Shown here piece after piece: positions 9,519 to 19,612 of a DNA stretch of 64,000 nucleotides; position 1 is the first letter of the stretch; each line of letters opens with the position of its first letter. The DNA is taken from positions 5,998 through 69,997 of the IMG/VR virus record IMGVR_UViG_2724679514_000002; one strand, 5' to 3'. Made by a program: the position numbers and the translations under genes. Origin of the DNA: a virus. Taxonomy: Duplodnaviria > Caudoviricetes. The notes under the pieces were generated by a model. That model was not told where the DNA came from. It worked only from the letters and a program-made list of their open reading frames with translations, and did not search any database.

Positions 9519-10678
9519 GGGGGGTTAATCCTATTAACCAGATTACATATAATTACTCCACCACCACTTCCACCGATTTTAGGTACTGATCCAGAAGAAA
9601 CAACTATATCCGATGAGAATCCTACAAATCGAATTCTTTGTATATCTGGGTGTGCATTAATACCTGCACTTTTTAAACGATCAAAAATAACATCTTCTCC
9701 ATTTCTAAGGCGATTTACATAATTTGCAAAATTTTGGTTTACAATAGATATGAGCTGTGAATCTGAAAGTTGAGTAGAAACTAAAACATCTAGTTCATAG
9801 TTAAACGAAATTGGCTGAACAGAAAGATTGCTTACAAAAAGTCGAGTTCCAGCAGCTTTATAACCGAAATCTGAACTATTTAATAATCCTGATATTTTAT
9901 CTCTTACGGTTTGTAAAATATTAGGTGCAGTATTACTCGTACCATCGGATACATAAATATTTATCCATCCTGTTTCTGGCTGGCCATTGTTTGGGTTTAT
10001 GTTTTCAGTTACATAGCAATCAACAATTCCAGAAATTGATTTCACTCCTGATAAGATTCCAGATAGCGTAGATCTACTTAAATTATTTACAAATTCTTGC
10101 CATCTGATTAATCGTTCTTCTTCTGTTTCCTTATCTGTTCCGCCGGTTATTGGGTATGGATTAAAAATACGATCAAAATCAATTAAGATAGTTGGATCAG
10201 AAGTTTGAAAAATATCACCACGACCTAAGTTAGTATCAATACTCAGAGGATCTACGTTATATTGAGTGCCAGGCTCTACTGCACGAATGTCTATATCAAT
10301 TGATGTATGACCAACAACTAATACTGCTGGATTTACTGTTTGATACACTTGCCCGAAAAGTGAAATCGTAAATATCGGAATACTATAATTTGATGTTAAA
10401 CCTGATTTTTCGAATCTTATAAATCCAGTAGATTTTTTTCCATCAAGAAGACCAAAACCAAATGATTCATAGCACGCATTTCTCTTAGCATATAGATAAG
10501 CAGAGTAGAATTCTGAACTCATACGAGACAATACTGCTGCAATTGCCTCAAGAATTGTACGAATTCGAGAGCCTGGTTTAAAATTCGTAAGTCTCACATT
10601 GGCCGCAACTAGGTAGCTTACAAAGTTTGCAAATATTCCAGAAAAAGTCCTAGGTGTATATGGACTTGGATCACTCAT
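9515..10678 (-). CDS. baseplate J/gp47 family protein
   Basis: TNFKPGSRIRTILEA; ITGGTDKETEEERLIR; KAAGT. Confidence 0.9.
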   Translation of the reverse strand: MSDPSPYTPRTFSGIFANFVSYLVAANVRLTNFKPGSRIRTILEAIAAVLSRMSSEFYSAYLYAKRNACYESFGFGLLDGKKSTGFIRFEKSGLTSNYSIPIFTISLFGQVYQTVNPAVLVVGHTSIDIDIRAVEPGTQYNVDPLSIDTNLGRGDIFQTSDPTILIDFDRIFNPYPITGGTDKETEEERLIRWQEFVNNLSRSTLSGILSGVKSISGIVDCYVTENINPNNGQPETGWINIYVSDGTSNTAPNILQTVRDKISGLLNSSDFGYKAAGTRLFVSNLSVQPISFNYELDVLVSTQLSDSQLISIVNQNFANYVNRLRNGEDVIFDRLKSAGINAHPDIQRIRFVGFSSDIVVSSGSVPKIGGSGGGVIICNLVNRINPP

Positions 10679-10686
10679 GGGAAGTG

Positions 10687-10716
10687 GACAAGAGATAATT
10701 GCCTGAAAAAAATCAA
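10687..10716 (-). promoter_or_regulatory. putative late promoter TTGATT-N19-TTGTC (8 nt to ATG)
   Basis: Motif shared by 10 late-gene upstream regions. Confidence 0.7.
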
Positions 10717-10727
10717 TTAAAAAATAC

Positions 10728-10757
10728 TTGAAGTTGTATTACGATAGTTTCCTTGTC
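10728..10757 (+). promoter_or_regulatory. putative late promoter TTGAAG-N19-TTGTC
   Basis: Same motif, back-to-back with the previous copy. Confidence 0.65.
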
Positions 10758-10774
10758 ATATGCCTTAGACAAAA

Positions 10775-12637
10775 ATGGGATCTTTAGCTACAAGTGTAAC
10801 AAGAGGCACCGGTGGGTTTGAAGCTACCGGTGCATTTAGTTTAGAATTTCAGATGCGTCAATCAACATCGGGCGTTTCTCCTGTGTCTTTTGGAGAATAC
10901 TTTTTTTTGATTGGTCTTTCGCGGCTGGAGCATTCCTATAATTATAATATATCCGTTACACCTACCTATGGAGGTGCTCAAGTCGTCGATAATGGGAATT
11001 CTATCAGTAATATTTTGCTGTCAGGTGAAATTTGGCAGCAATACGAAGGACAACCTGTTCGAAAACCAACCAGTTCCTTTGGAAGTCTATCTGGAGCCGC
11101 ATCTGCAATTGGTAACGCATTATTGCAAGAACTTGAGGGAATAAATCCAATAAAAAAGTCTGGATATTTAGATTTCTTTGATCTTGTCTATTTAATGCAC
11201 GAAATTCGAGATGAGTCCAAGGCTGATAATAGAGTTCCGACATTCTCGCCATTTTTTCCGAATGCTAATGATATAAAACTGAAAGCAACCGGAAACACCC
11301 CTTTTAATTTCGAAAAAGTAGTCATGATTTTTCACGACTACGATCGGGATGCACATTGGGAAGTTGTATTTGCGGATCATGGAGGATTTAAGATTTCGCA
11401 ATCAAACGAAGATCCGTTAACGTGGCTTTGGTCCTTAAATTTAATAGGGATCGCCGATCTTTCATCAAGTGCGCCTTTTAGACGTCCCGCGTTACCGGAT
11501 CCAAAAGCATTAATAAACAATGCAATAATAGCATTTGATAATATACTTACTGACATTTCTGGACCTTTGAAGTATTTTTCTAATGTAACTGATCTATATA
11601 AAGACATTACTAATTTAGCAAAAACAATGAAAAATGATCTTAAAATGTTTGAGATTACAAATAAAAATACGTTGAATAAAATCGCTAAATCAGGTGGACC
11701 TCTTAAGAAAAAAACAAATCAATTTCACGAACTTTTAAACCAAGTCTATTTCCCAAATCAGATAGTTCCTGAAATGGGAACTTTAGATACCCCTCAAGTC
11801 CCGATTACATCTAACTCTACATTGGATGATATAAATAAATCCGAAATGCCATCTTCGGTTTATAATAATATTTTTACGACATCTGTTGTGCCGGAAAATG
11901 AATATGTAATTGCGATTGATCCTATGGTAAATTCTGTTTTAGATATTCAACAAGCCCTTGCAGATGTAAGTGCTGCTTTAATTTTAGTTAATAACCAAAA
12001 TATTTCACAAAACTTTGCTTATATTACTGTAAATCCTGGCATGTCTCTTGAAAGTATATCAAATTTTTACTATGGATCTCCAGAACGCGTTCAAGATTTA
12101 ATTAGAGACAATGGGATGTTGTTAGTCGGAAGAGGGGATGATATTGTTGGTTTATCAATTCGAGTTCCGTCTCAAAAATCTTATTCTCAAATTGATACAG
12201 GTATAATCTCAGAACATCGTATTCTAGACTTTCTACCTCCTGATAAGGCGCAAGAAATTATAGAAAAATGGTATTTTGGAGAAGATATAAGTTTAACAGA
12301 TGATTATGATATTGATGTCGAATCTGGTGATCTTGCGATAACGAGTGGTTTAGATTGTTTAATTGACGGATGCTTGGATAAACTTAGAATTTTACCTGGT
12401 CAAATCCCATTTCATACGGCTATAGGCGCAAGTATTGAGCCGGGTACTGCACCGGATGAACTTTTTAGTTTAGTCATTCCTTCAAGAATTATTCAAAATT
12501 TACAATCGGATCTTGGAGTAAAAGACGTTTCAATTACTTCGTTTGAATTCAATGGAGATACGATTGAATACCAAGTTCAGATAAGTCCTATTGGTGATTT
12601 CAAAAGTTTTAAATTACGTAGGCGTCGTAATTTTTAA
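10775..12637 (+). CDS. baseplate protein: tube-initiator-like N-terminus, LysM-like domain and gp25-like C-terminus
   Basis: YITVNPGMSLESISNFYYGS (LysM-like); GDLAITSGLDCL...IPFHTAIG (gp25-like). Confidence 0.6.
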   Translation: MGSLATSVTRGTGGFEATGAFSLEFQMRQSTSGVSPVSFGEYFFLIGLSRLEHSYNYNISVTPTYGGAQVVDNGNSISNILLSGEIWQQYEGQPVRKPTSSFGSLSGAASAIGNALLQELEGINPIKKSGYLDFFDLVYLMHEIRDESKADNRVPTFSPFFPNANDIKLKATGNTPFNFEKVVMIFHDYDRDAHWEVVFADHGGFKISQSNEDPLTWLWSLNLIGIADLSSSAPFRRPALPDPKALINNAIIAFDNILTDISGPLKYFSNVTDLYKDITNLAKTMKNDLKMFEITNKNTLNKIAKSGGPLKKKTNQFHELLNQVYFPNQIVPEMGTLDTPQVPITSNSTLDDINKSEMPSSVYNNIFTTSVVPENEYVIAIDPMVNSVLDIQQALADVSAALILVNNQNISQNFAYITVNPGMSLESISNFYYGSPERVQDLIRDNGMLLVGRGDDIVGLSIRVPSQKSYSQIDTGIISEHRILDFLPPDKAQEIIEKWYFGEDISLTDDYDIDVESGDLAITSGLDCLIDGCLDKLRILPGQIPFHTAIGASIEPGTAPDELFSLVIPSRIIQNLQSDLGVKDVSITSFEFNGDTIEYQVQISPIGDFKSFKLRRRRNF

Positions 12638-14157
12638 TGATTCATTCAATTAAACCAACGTTTAGAGTGTTCTTACTCGGATTTATTCCATACGAAGTAA
12701 CTTCTGTTTCTAAAAGGTATAGTTACGACGAAATTGTTGCTTTAGAATCGCCAATCGAAATTCCAAGCAATATGATAGCACGCATTAATTTCAAGGATTC
12801 CGTATCCGGAGGTTCTTTTAAAATTGATCTTCCTAAAGGTGCTAGAAATGATTTTTTTACAAATGGTCAAAGAATACGTATAAGGGAATTATTTAGACCT
12901 GGTCGATTAATTGTTATAACCGAAGATGACAAAACTAAATTTGCTGGTCGTATATCCGAAAGTAGCCATAGAGGGGGCGTGAGAGGTGAATCTGAGTACA
13001 CTGTTACTGGGGAAGGTCTGGAAGAAGCTATAAGTTCACAAATTTTATTTATAGATTTCGATAATTCTAAACCACCTTCTAACACGATCTCCGTGGAAGT
13101 TGCCGCAAAATCACCAGGTAGTAGGTTACAAATAGCTTTACAAACAGTTCTAAACGCGATTAAAGAAACAAAAAGTCCAACGTTAATGATGCAATCCCTT
13201 GCGGATTCTGCTATTAAACATTTACTTAGTAATGGTAAGTATGGCGGAAGAGAATTTTTTCAAATGGTGGATACCTTAACTGGACTAGACCAAGAACCTT
13301 ATACAATTGCTTTTTTGCATACGCTTCAGTGGTTAAATTCTCAAAATTTCGGGAACACTCTTTCTATTTGGTCACTGATGGAGTCTTTGGCAAAACCTCC
13401 GCTCTATGAGCTTTTTTTCCATTATGATCAATCTGTAGATTTTTATATCAGTGGCGAGAATAAGTCACTATTTATACCTAAAAAATATGAATCGGTTAAA
13501 ATTACTTCCCCTGATACGTTGATTGGAACACTTGTGTATCGTAAAACACCTTTCCAATTTCTGGATTCTGTTTCTCTTTCTAAAGATACAATGCAAGGTC
13601 TTGTTGTGGAGGTGGATCAAAGTTATATTAGTAATTTTGAATTAACAGAATCAACTGCTGATATTTTTTCAGGTGTCCATGTCAATGTAGGTATATTCGA
13701 TAATATAATGGGACTTATGTTAAACCCTGTCACATATAGCCCTCAACTTCTTGCAGAATTTGGGCAACGTGTTTTATCTATCGTTCTTGATGGGTCCGGT
13801 TTTCCGAAAGAGGTAGATACAGCAGCCGCACAAAGTACATTCAATCTAAAACTAAATGAAATGCAAGCTAAGATCTTTAATACTTTCGGAACCGGAGAAA
13901 GAATTTTTTCAGGATCTTTTTCAGGTGGATACTTTCGAGGTGTTTCCAAAGGCATGATTATGGAAATAGTCAATAAAGATGGAGGAGTGCAATCTAGATC
14001 ACTTAACGGAGATTTAGAAATTTATGATCCAAGATTCTATATTACTGGTATAGATGTAACTTGGATACCAGGTGCAGGGAAAGCAGATCAAACTATTTCT
14101 GTAAAATGGGGGAAAAGAAAATTAGATCCTATGTGGGACCAAAAAACAATTTCTTAA
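12637..14157 (+). CDS. putative baseplate hub protein
   Basis: Coupled (TAATG) to upstream gene; FAGRISE...YTVTGEGL and FYITGIDVTW patterns. Confidence 0.55.
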   Translation: MIHSIKPTFRVFLLGFIPYEVTSVSKRYSYDEIVALESPIEIPSNMIARINFKDSVSGGSFKIDLPKGARNDFFTNGQRIRIRELFRPGRLIVITEDDKTKFAGRISESSHRGGVRGESEYTVTGEGLEEAISSQILFIDFDNSKPPSNTISVEVAAKSPGSRLQIALQTVLNAIKETKSPTLMMQSLADSAIKHLLSNGKYGGREFFQMVDTLTGLDQEPYTIAFLHTLQWLNSQNFGNTLSIWSLMESLAKPPLYELFFHYDQSVDFYISGENKSLFIPKKYESVKITSPDTLIGTLVYRKTPFQFLDSVSLSKDTMQGLVVEVDQSYISNFELTESTADIFSGVHVNVGIFDNIMGLMLNPVTYSPQLLAEFGQRVLSIVLDGSGFPKEVDTAAAQSTFNLKLNEMQAKIFNTFGTGERIFSGSFSGGYFRGVSKGMIMEIVNKDGGVQSRSLNGDLEIYDPRFYITGIDVTWIPGAGKADQTISVKWGKRKLDPMWDQKTIS

Positions 14158-14171
14158 GTTTGGATTTCTTT

Positions 14172-14435
14172 TTATAGCTTATCCCAATTCGGAACCTTAC
14201 CATCAACCTTTGTTTCAGTAAGTAAATTTTGAAAGTCAGAAAAAATTTGCTTCTTTGCTTTACCTTTGTAATATTTTGAAAAATATTGAGAAGTTTCAAG
14301 ATCTTGAATTTCTTTTGTAAACGCATACAATGCTAATTGATTGATAGAGATACCTTGTTGTTCTGCAATTTTTTCTATTTTATGTTTTAAATCTATAGGA
14401 ATTCTAATTGTCAATACACTATATTTTGTTTTCAT
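14172..14435 (-). CDS. ribbon-helix-helix HicB-family antitoxin-like protein (no toxin partner seen)
   Basis: LTIRIPIDLKHKIEKIAEQQGISINQL RHH motif. Confidence 0.75.
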   Translation of the reverse strand: MKTKYSVLTIRIPIDLKHKIEKIAEQQGISINQLALYAFTKEIQDLETSQYFSKYYKGKAKKQIFSDFQNLLTETKVDGKVPNWDKL

Positions 14436-14588
14436 GATTCTCTCTCCAATATTTCTATTTTTATTGAATGGGTAATAGGGACTTCGTTTATTGATTTTAG
14501 GACCAAAAAGATTACATTTGTTATATAATTTATAGTGGACAAATTTTTTTAAAAGTAAATAAATACAAATGCTCTTATTCTAAAAGAT

Positions 14589-15125
14589 ATGAATGATTTA
14601 CGTAGAAAGGAAATAAATGCCAAAGCTGACGAACTTAGAATGTTTCTGGAATTAAAAGTTCCATTAGATCTAGTTCAATCGGTTGAAAAATTAGGCGGGA
14701 GAGTATTTGAGGATGAGAGTTTACCTTTCGAAGCTTTGATAAAAAAGGACGAGAAAAGCAATAAATTTGAAATACGCTTACAAGGTAATCACTCTGAAGT
14801 CAGGAAGCGTTTTTCAATTGCTCATGAAATAGCCCATTTAATTTTACACATGAATTATGATTACAAAAATCATTCATGGCTGGGTGAAACCGAATATAAA
14901 GATTCTGTTTTATATCGATATGGATTTACAAAAGAAGAATATGAAGCTAATGAGTTTGCAGCAGCATTCTTAATGCCAGCAGAAGAATTTAAATTAATTT
15001 CTAATAAAAACTATCATTCAGAAAGTGAAATATACAAAATTAAACCAATTGCAGAGTATTTTAAAGTATCAATGGATGCGGTAAAAAATAGAGGCCGTTG
15101 GTTACAGATTTTTGCCTGGGATTAA
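14589..15125 (+). CDS. ImmA/IrrE family metallopeptidase (copy 1)
   Basis: RKRFSIAHEIAH (HExxH); EYEANEFAAAFLMP. Confidence 0.9.
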   Translation: MNDLRRKEINAKADELRMFLELKVPLDLVQSVEKLGGRVFEDESLPFEALIKKDEKSNKFEIRLQGNHSEVRKRFSIAHEIAHLILHMNYDYKNHSWLGETEYKDSVLYRYGFTKEEYEANEFAAAFLMPAEEFKLISNKNYHSESEIYKIKPIAEYFKVSMDAVKNRGRWLQIFAWD

Positions 15126-15128
15126 TTC

Positions 15129-16070
15129 TTGTTATATGTAGATCATATATTATTTTTTTCTTTGGATTTGGTTAATTCGACTGAGTATAAGACATTAAAT
15201 CCAAAAGAATGGCCAACAGTATTTCAAAAATTTTATGAAATAGCCGATAACAAACTTCGAGAAAAATTCTCTAGAATTAAAGTCTGGAAATATATAGGCG
15301 ATGAAGTTTTATATTATTTACGAATAAATTCATTAAAAGATATTTTTGACGCTCCAGTTTGTTTTTACGAAGTTCTACAGGAAAGTATTGCATCATTACA
15401 TAAACATAAACCAGAATCTAAAAGAATATTGTCAATAAAAGCAACTCTTTGGATGGCTAAGGTTGGAAAGATTCCTTCGTTAAATCAAGAAGAAGCTGAA
15501 AATATTTTTAAGCATGGAAATTTTCAAAATATCATAATCTCATCCGAAAACTCATTTAAGACTGATATTGAAGATTTTCTTGGTCCAGATATTGATACTG
15601 GATTCCGTATTTCAAAATATTCTTTTAAAGGAAAACTTGTTATCTCTGCTAACATTGCTTATATCTTGTATAAATTTCGAGAAGAAGTATATAGTAACTA
15701 TAAATATGCACCAGAAGATCGATTAAGAATTTTATATTTAAAAAAGTTAAAAGGAATTTGGAATGGTAGAGCCTATCCAATTATTTGGTATCAAACTGAT
15801 TGGGATTATAAAAAAGTATTCTCTTACGATGATCATTTACATACTGAATATGCAGACTTTGTAAAAGAAATTTTAATTACAAAGCAAACGAAGCTAAAAG
15901 TTATTCAAAGGATTTCCGATGAAATTGGTTTTAATGAAGTATTAGATTGTTCAATTAAAGAAATTCAAGAAAATAGTAAGAAAATTGAAGAAGATGAGAT
16001 TAAACCTATTTCTTTACCAATAAAAAATACGCGAAATAAATATTTGGAATATCGTATGAAAACTGAATAA
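15129..16070 (+). CDS. class III nucleotide cyclase-like protein (copy 1)
   Basis: FSLDLVNST, WKYIGDE, DFLGPDIDTGFRI, LKGIWNGRAYP. Confidence 0.7.
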   Translation: MLYVDHILFFSLDLVNSTEYKTLNPKEWPTVFQKFYEIADNKLREKFSRIKVWKYIGDEVLYYLRINSLKDIFDAPVCFYEVLQESIASLHKHKPESKRILSIKATLWMAKVGKIPSLNQEEAENIFKHGNFQNIIISSENSFKTDIEDFLGPDIDTGFRISKYSFKGKLVISANIAYILYKFREEVYSNYKYAPEDRLRILYLKKLKGIWNGRAYPIIWYQTDWDYKKVFSYDDHLHTEYADFVKEILITKQTKLKVIQRISDEIGFNEVLDCSIKEIQENSKKIEEDEIKPISLPIKNTRNKYLEYRMKTE

Positions 16071-16074
16071 AAAA

Positions 16075-16464
16075 TCAGAATTCTAGTTTTGAATACCAGT
16101 CTTCTAATTCTTCTGTTTTTGATTCGTCTATATAAAATCGATAATCTTTAAATTCACAACCACAATATGGATGCACAGGCGCACAAAGCTGATATGATTT
16201 TGCATTTCTCCCAACATTATTCTTTCCAGGCCATGCAGCTATTTTCACTCCATGCGGATCGTGTATAACCGTATCATCTCCTCCGAAATATTCAGAATTT
16301 TCGAAATCAGAGTAACTTGCAAATAGTCTAACTTTAGTACCCCAATGCGATGAACAAAAGTTACAAGAATTTGTAACTTCGCTTGATTTTAAGTATGTTC
16401 CAGCACTTTCCTTAGTGGAGTAGTGTTCATGTTCTGATTCTGAAAAATGATCCCAAAAATTCAT
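16075..16464 (-). CDS. C-terminal half of a MuF/SPP1 gp7-like minor head protein
   Basis: SCNFC...WPGKNNVGR...APVHPYCGC resembles the MuF TCxxC...PPxHPNCRC motif. Confidence 0.55.
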   Translation of the reverse strand: MNFWDHFSESEHEHYSTKESAGTYLKSSEVTNSCNFCSSHWGTKVRLFASYSDFENSEYFGGDDTVIHDPHGVKIAAWPGKNNVGRNAKSYQLCAPVHPYCGCEFKDYRFYIDESKTEELEDWYSKLEF

Positions 16465-16465
16465 A

Positions 16466-17200
16466 TTAGTAATGTTTTATAATTTCTGAAAGAATTTGCG
16501 GTAACGTGGTTTTTAGTTGATTCAATTTGTTAGTTGCTGATACAAAGGAACTCAAATTATTCGGTGCTGAAGACGGACTTCCTGGTGCTGTACAATTTAC
16601 TGTAAGCAAGGTAAGTGCATTTGAGATTTCGACTAGTATATCTATGAGATCTTCTAACTTTTTTTTCAAAGTTTCTCCTTGTGTGGCATGCTCTAGTTTA
16701 TTTACAATAGGTGGATTCGAAAGATCGATCTGAAATCTTATCTGATTTAATTGATCCACATGTTTCAATAAGTTATCTGTCCAAATAGTCTTGTGTCCTG
16801 ATTCATGACCAGTCGAAACTTCTTCGCTATCATAATCTAAATTTTTACTTAAATTCGTCTGAGTGGATACCCCAGCCGGGAATGGGTAAATTGCCAATAT
16901 AATTGGATTGTCTCTTTTATTTTGAATGAATCCAAGTAGGCATAATTGTCCTTTCTTAAATCCAGGTTTGTGACCGGAAAAAAATCCGGTTATTCCATAA
17001 TATGGGCCTGGTAATCGAATCTTCTTCAGTCTTTCACCAGTAAATAATCTTATATCTGCACGATATTTAAATAGTCCTGAATGCAAAGTTTCTATTTCCG
17101 CCAATTCAAACCCGTTTTGAATTGAGGGATTATTTGGCCCATTTCCAGTAAATTGGACTTTTTTTTGATTAGTGAATGAATCAAATAACTTTCGTTTCAC
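16466..17200 (-). CDS. baseplate spike / gpV-like protein
   Basis: OB-like N-terminus (KGQLCLLGFIQ...PIILA), GHESGH, C-terminal TVNCTAPGSPSSAPNN. Confidence 0.65.
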   Translation of the reverse strand: MKRKLFDSFTNQKKVQFTGNGPNNPSIQNGFELAEIETLHSGLFKYRADIRLFTGERLKKIRLPGPYYGITGFFSGHKPGFKKGQLCLLGFIQNKRDNPIILAIYPFPAGVSTQTNLSKNLDYDSEEVSTGHESGHKTIWTDNLLKHVDQLNQIRFQIDLSNPPIVNKLEHATQGETLKKKLEDLIDILVEISNALTLLTVNCTAPGSPSSAPNNLSSFVSATNKLNQLKTTLPQILSEIIKHY

Positions 17201-17209
17201 AGATTAGAG

Positions 17210-17239
17210 GACAAGTTTAGAAATATTTTAAATAATCAA
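17210..17239 (-). promoter_or_regulatory. putative late promoter TTGATT-N19-TTGTC (9 nt to GTG)
   Basis: Shared motif. Confidence 0.7.
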
Positions 17240-17303
17240 GTAATTTATCGATTGACCAAGGTGTATTGAATTTTAACCCTACTCATGTCCTAGAGAGGTC
17301 AAG

Positions 17304-17933
17304 ATGAAATATTCTGTTTTTATTCTATTATTAATTACGTTTTCTTTCTCTATCTACTCCGATAACCAAACAGCTAATAATGATTCCGAACTACAAACCA
17401 AACAAGAAGAACAAGAGAAAAGAAACGTTCAAAGAGATGAATATCTAAAAGTTATTAAACTCTTTGAGGGCCTAAAACAATATAGAATTAAATATGGTGA
17501 TAACGATGTTCTTAAAGAGAATAAAAACAAAGAAATAGAGAAAGAAATTGAATCTCTAAATATAAAATTAAAAGGGAATTCTTTTAAATTATCAAATGCA
17601 ATTGCAACATCTGTTGAGGAAAATAAAAGTTCAGGTAAAAACCTAAATAAAAAATCAAGTGAATTCATTATTATTTATAAAGGAAATGAAGAATCAAACA
17701 GAAATGTATCAGATTATTATGGAACAGGTATGTCAAGTGAAGAAATTATTAATACAGTTGATATTATTGACCATATTGAAGTTATAATAGTAAAAACAAT
17801 ACAATCAAAGCAAGAAGCTATTGATATAAAAATTGGTGAGTCATATTCTGTATCTGGAAAAATTGATAAGATTAGAATCAGCAATGCTGGTAGGGGTATA
17901 AATCGTTACGGAATTTACTTATATATAAAGTAG
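17304..17933 (+). CDS. exported protein (moron), possible C-terminal OB fold
   Basis: Signal peptide MKYSVFILLLITFSFSIYS; opposite strand to tail operon; very AT-rich. Confidence 0.75.
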   Translation: MKYSVFILLLITFSFSIYSDNQTANNDSELQTKQEEQEKRNVQRDEYLKVIKLFEGLKQYRIKYGDNDVLKENKNKEIEKEIESLNIKLKGNSFKLSNAIATSVEENKSSGKNLNKKSSEFIIIYKGNEESNRNVSDYYGTGMSSEEIINTVDIIDHIEVIIVKTIQSKQEAIDIKIGESYSVSGKIDKIRISNAGRGINRYGIYLYIK

Positions 17934-17950
17934 CGAGGTTTTTATTCAAT

Positions 17951-19612
17951 TTAAAAATAACTTTCAATTTCGCGAACTTTTTCTGCTGCTTTCTGGCTTA
18001 GATTTATTAATAAATCAAATACCATATCTTGCGTATCGCTTGCCTTCTCAAATAAATCTTTAATTTTTTCATCCCTTCCAGCGATTATATCATCTAATTT
18101 ATTTGCTCGTTCTCTATATGCTTGCCCTTCAATCTTTGAAATTTTATCCCCAGCAATGGCCCCTTTTTCGTCTGCTGATGTCTCATTGTCCAAATCAAAG
18201 AAATTGCTGATTTTTGACTTTTTTTTCATATCGAACGATTCGGTCGCTGTAGTAATTCCCAACTGATTGAGTAGTAAACCATTTGTCTCGTCACTAAGCC
18301 CAAGACCAGACATAAAATCTCTAATGGTTTTCACATTGTCTTTATTCGAAATTCCACGTTCTGCCAATGCTTTGGCTTCCAAAGCAGATTTACCTGAAGC
18401 CATGTGCTCACTTACTAAAACTGAATTAAAAAAGTTTCCGCTCTTGGATACATTATCATTTAGATTTTGGTAAACGGAATTAGCGCGATTATCACGAATT
18501 CCTAAACCAACAATGTTTGAAAATGTTCTAGAAATATCAGCTGCACTTTGCGTTCCCATTCCGGAGTTGTATGCAGACTCAGAAGCAGAGGTAATATGTG
18601 TCAAAAATTCAGACTGTCTCAAACCGGAAAATCCAGATCGAATTGCATCTGATAATATCTTTTTTAATTCAGAATCATTTTCACCAAACTCACCGTATTT
18701 ATTTAATTTCGCAAACAATTCCGAACCCTGGGTTCCACCAATTCCCTGAGAAAGCCCAAACTGAATTCCTAATTTATTTTTGGATATATCAGCAATTGCA
18801 TCACCACCAAGGATTCGTGATCTAGATACTCCTATTTGTGCAAGTTCAGCATTTCTTACTAATCCCCCACCTCCGCCCTTGTATCCGCCATATACATCTA
18901 ATGTAGAATCTTGTGATTGCATGGTTTGTTGATACATACCAGCCATAGAAGATATAATTGAAGCTGCGGCACCTACAACAGCACCTACGCCAAACGCAGC
19001 TGGTGCGATAGCGGCGCCTACTTTAGATAACATAGAAGATTTATTTTCAGTTTGTGGAGACGCGGCTGGTTCGGCTGTAGGAATCCCACGATCTGGAAAT
19101 ACGAATTTCCCACCATAAGTTCTACCTCCTCCCATGCCACCACCACTTAGAGGACCAACAATTTTATCAATCTTTGCTTCCCTTATGATTAGTTTGTCGT
19201 ATTTTCCGCCTGATCCAATTGAATCCAAGGGCACTTTTGGAAGAAAATCTTCATGAATTTTCTTATTTCTATTATTATGATAATCTTTGAAAACATCTTT
19301 GAATTTCTTAGCAGATTCTATTTTTCTCGAAATAATTCCAGAAAATCTACCCGAACGTAATTCGTTAATATCAGACTCTATACCTGTGCCAGTGTTATCC
19401 CCAGTCTGATAGCCTTCTGTTGCAGTTTTATTTTTATCTTTTTTCTTACTATTTTTTTTAGAAGATGAGGATGATGGTGGATCGGCTGCAGATGGAACCC
19501 TAGGAGCATTTTTTAACCGATCAAATTCAGCACGCATCTCAGGAGATAGTTTATCAAAAATTCTTTTTGCAATCTCATCAGCGTTAACTTTAACTGATTT
19601 ACTCATATTCAA
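17951..19612 (-). CDS. putative tape measure protein
   Basis: Follows chaperone pair; Ala/Gly/Ser-rich with hydrophobic segment GAAIAPAAFGVGAVVGAAA. Confidence 0.6.
   Translation of the reverse strand: MNMSKSVKVNADEIAKRIFDKLSPEMRAEFDRLKNAPRVPSAADPPSSSSSKKNSKKKDKNKTATEGYQTGDNTGTGIESDINELRSGRFSGIISRKIESAKKFKDVFKDYHNNRNKKIHEDFLPKVPLDSIGSGGKYDKLIIREAKIDKIVGPLSGGGMGGGRTYGGKFVFPDRGIPTAEPAASPQTENKSSMLSKVGAAIAPAAFGVGAVVGAAASIISSMAGMYQQTMQSQDSTLDVYGGYKGGGGGLVRNAELAQIGVSRSRILGGDAIADISKNKLGIQFGLSQGIGGTQGSELFAKLNKYGEFGENDSELKKILSDAIRSGFSGLRQSEFLTHITSASESAYNSGMGTQSAADISRTFSNIVGLGIRDNRANSVYQNLNDNVSKSGNFFNSVLVSEHMASGKSALEAKALAERGISNKDNVKTIRDFMSGLGLSDETNGLLLNQLGITTATESFDMKKKSKISNFFDLDNETSADEKGAIAGDKISKIEGQAYRERANKLDDIIAGRDEKIKDLFEKASDTQDMVFDLLINLSQKAAEKVREIESYF

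Noticed and set aside
14538-14568. Extra late-motif candidates (here; also near 45938 and 57094-57122)
   Set aside because: Spacer is 18 or 20 nt or the TTG box is missing, and there is no adjacent late-gene start; not counted
15129-16070. Calling the cyclase-like genes Pycsar or CBASS
   Set aside because: No adjacent cNMP-binding TM/TIR effector and no CD-NTase motifs; the partner is a peptidase
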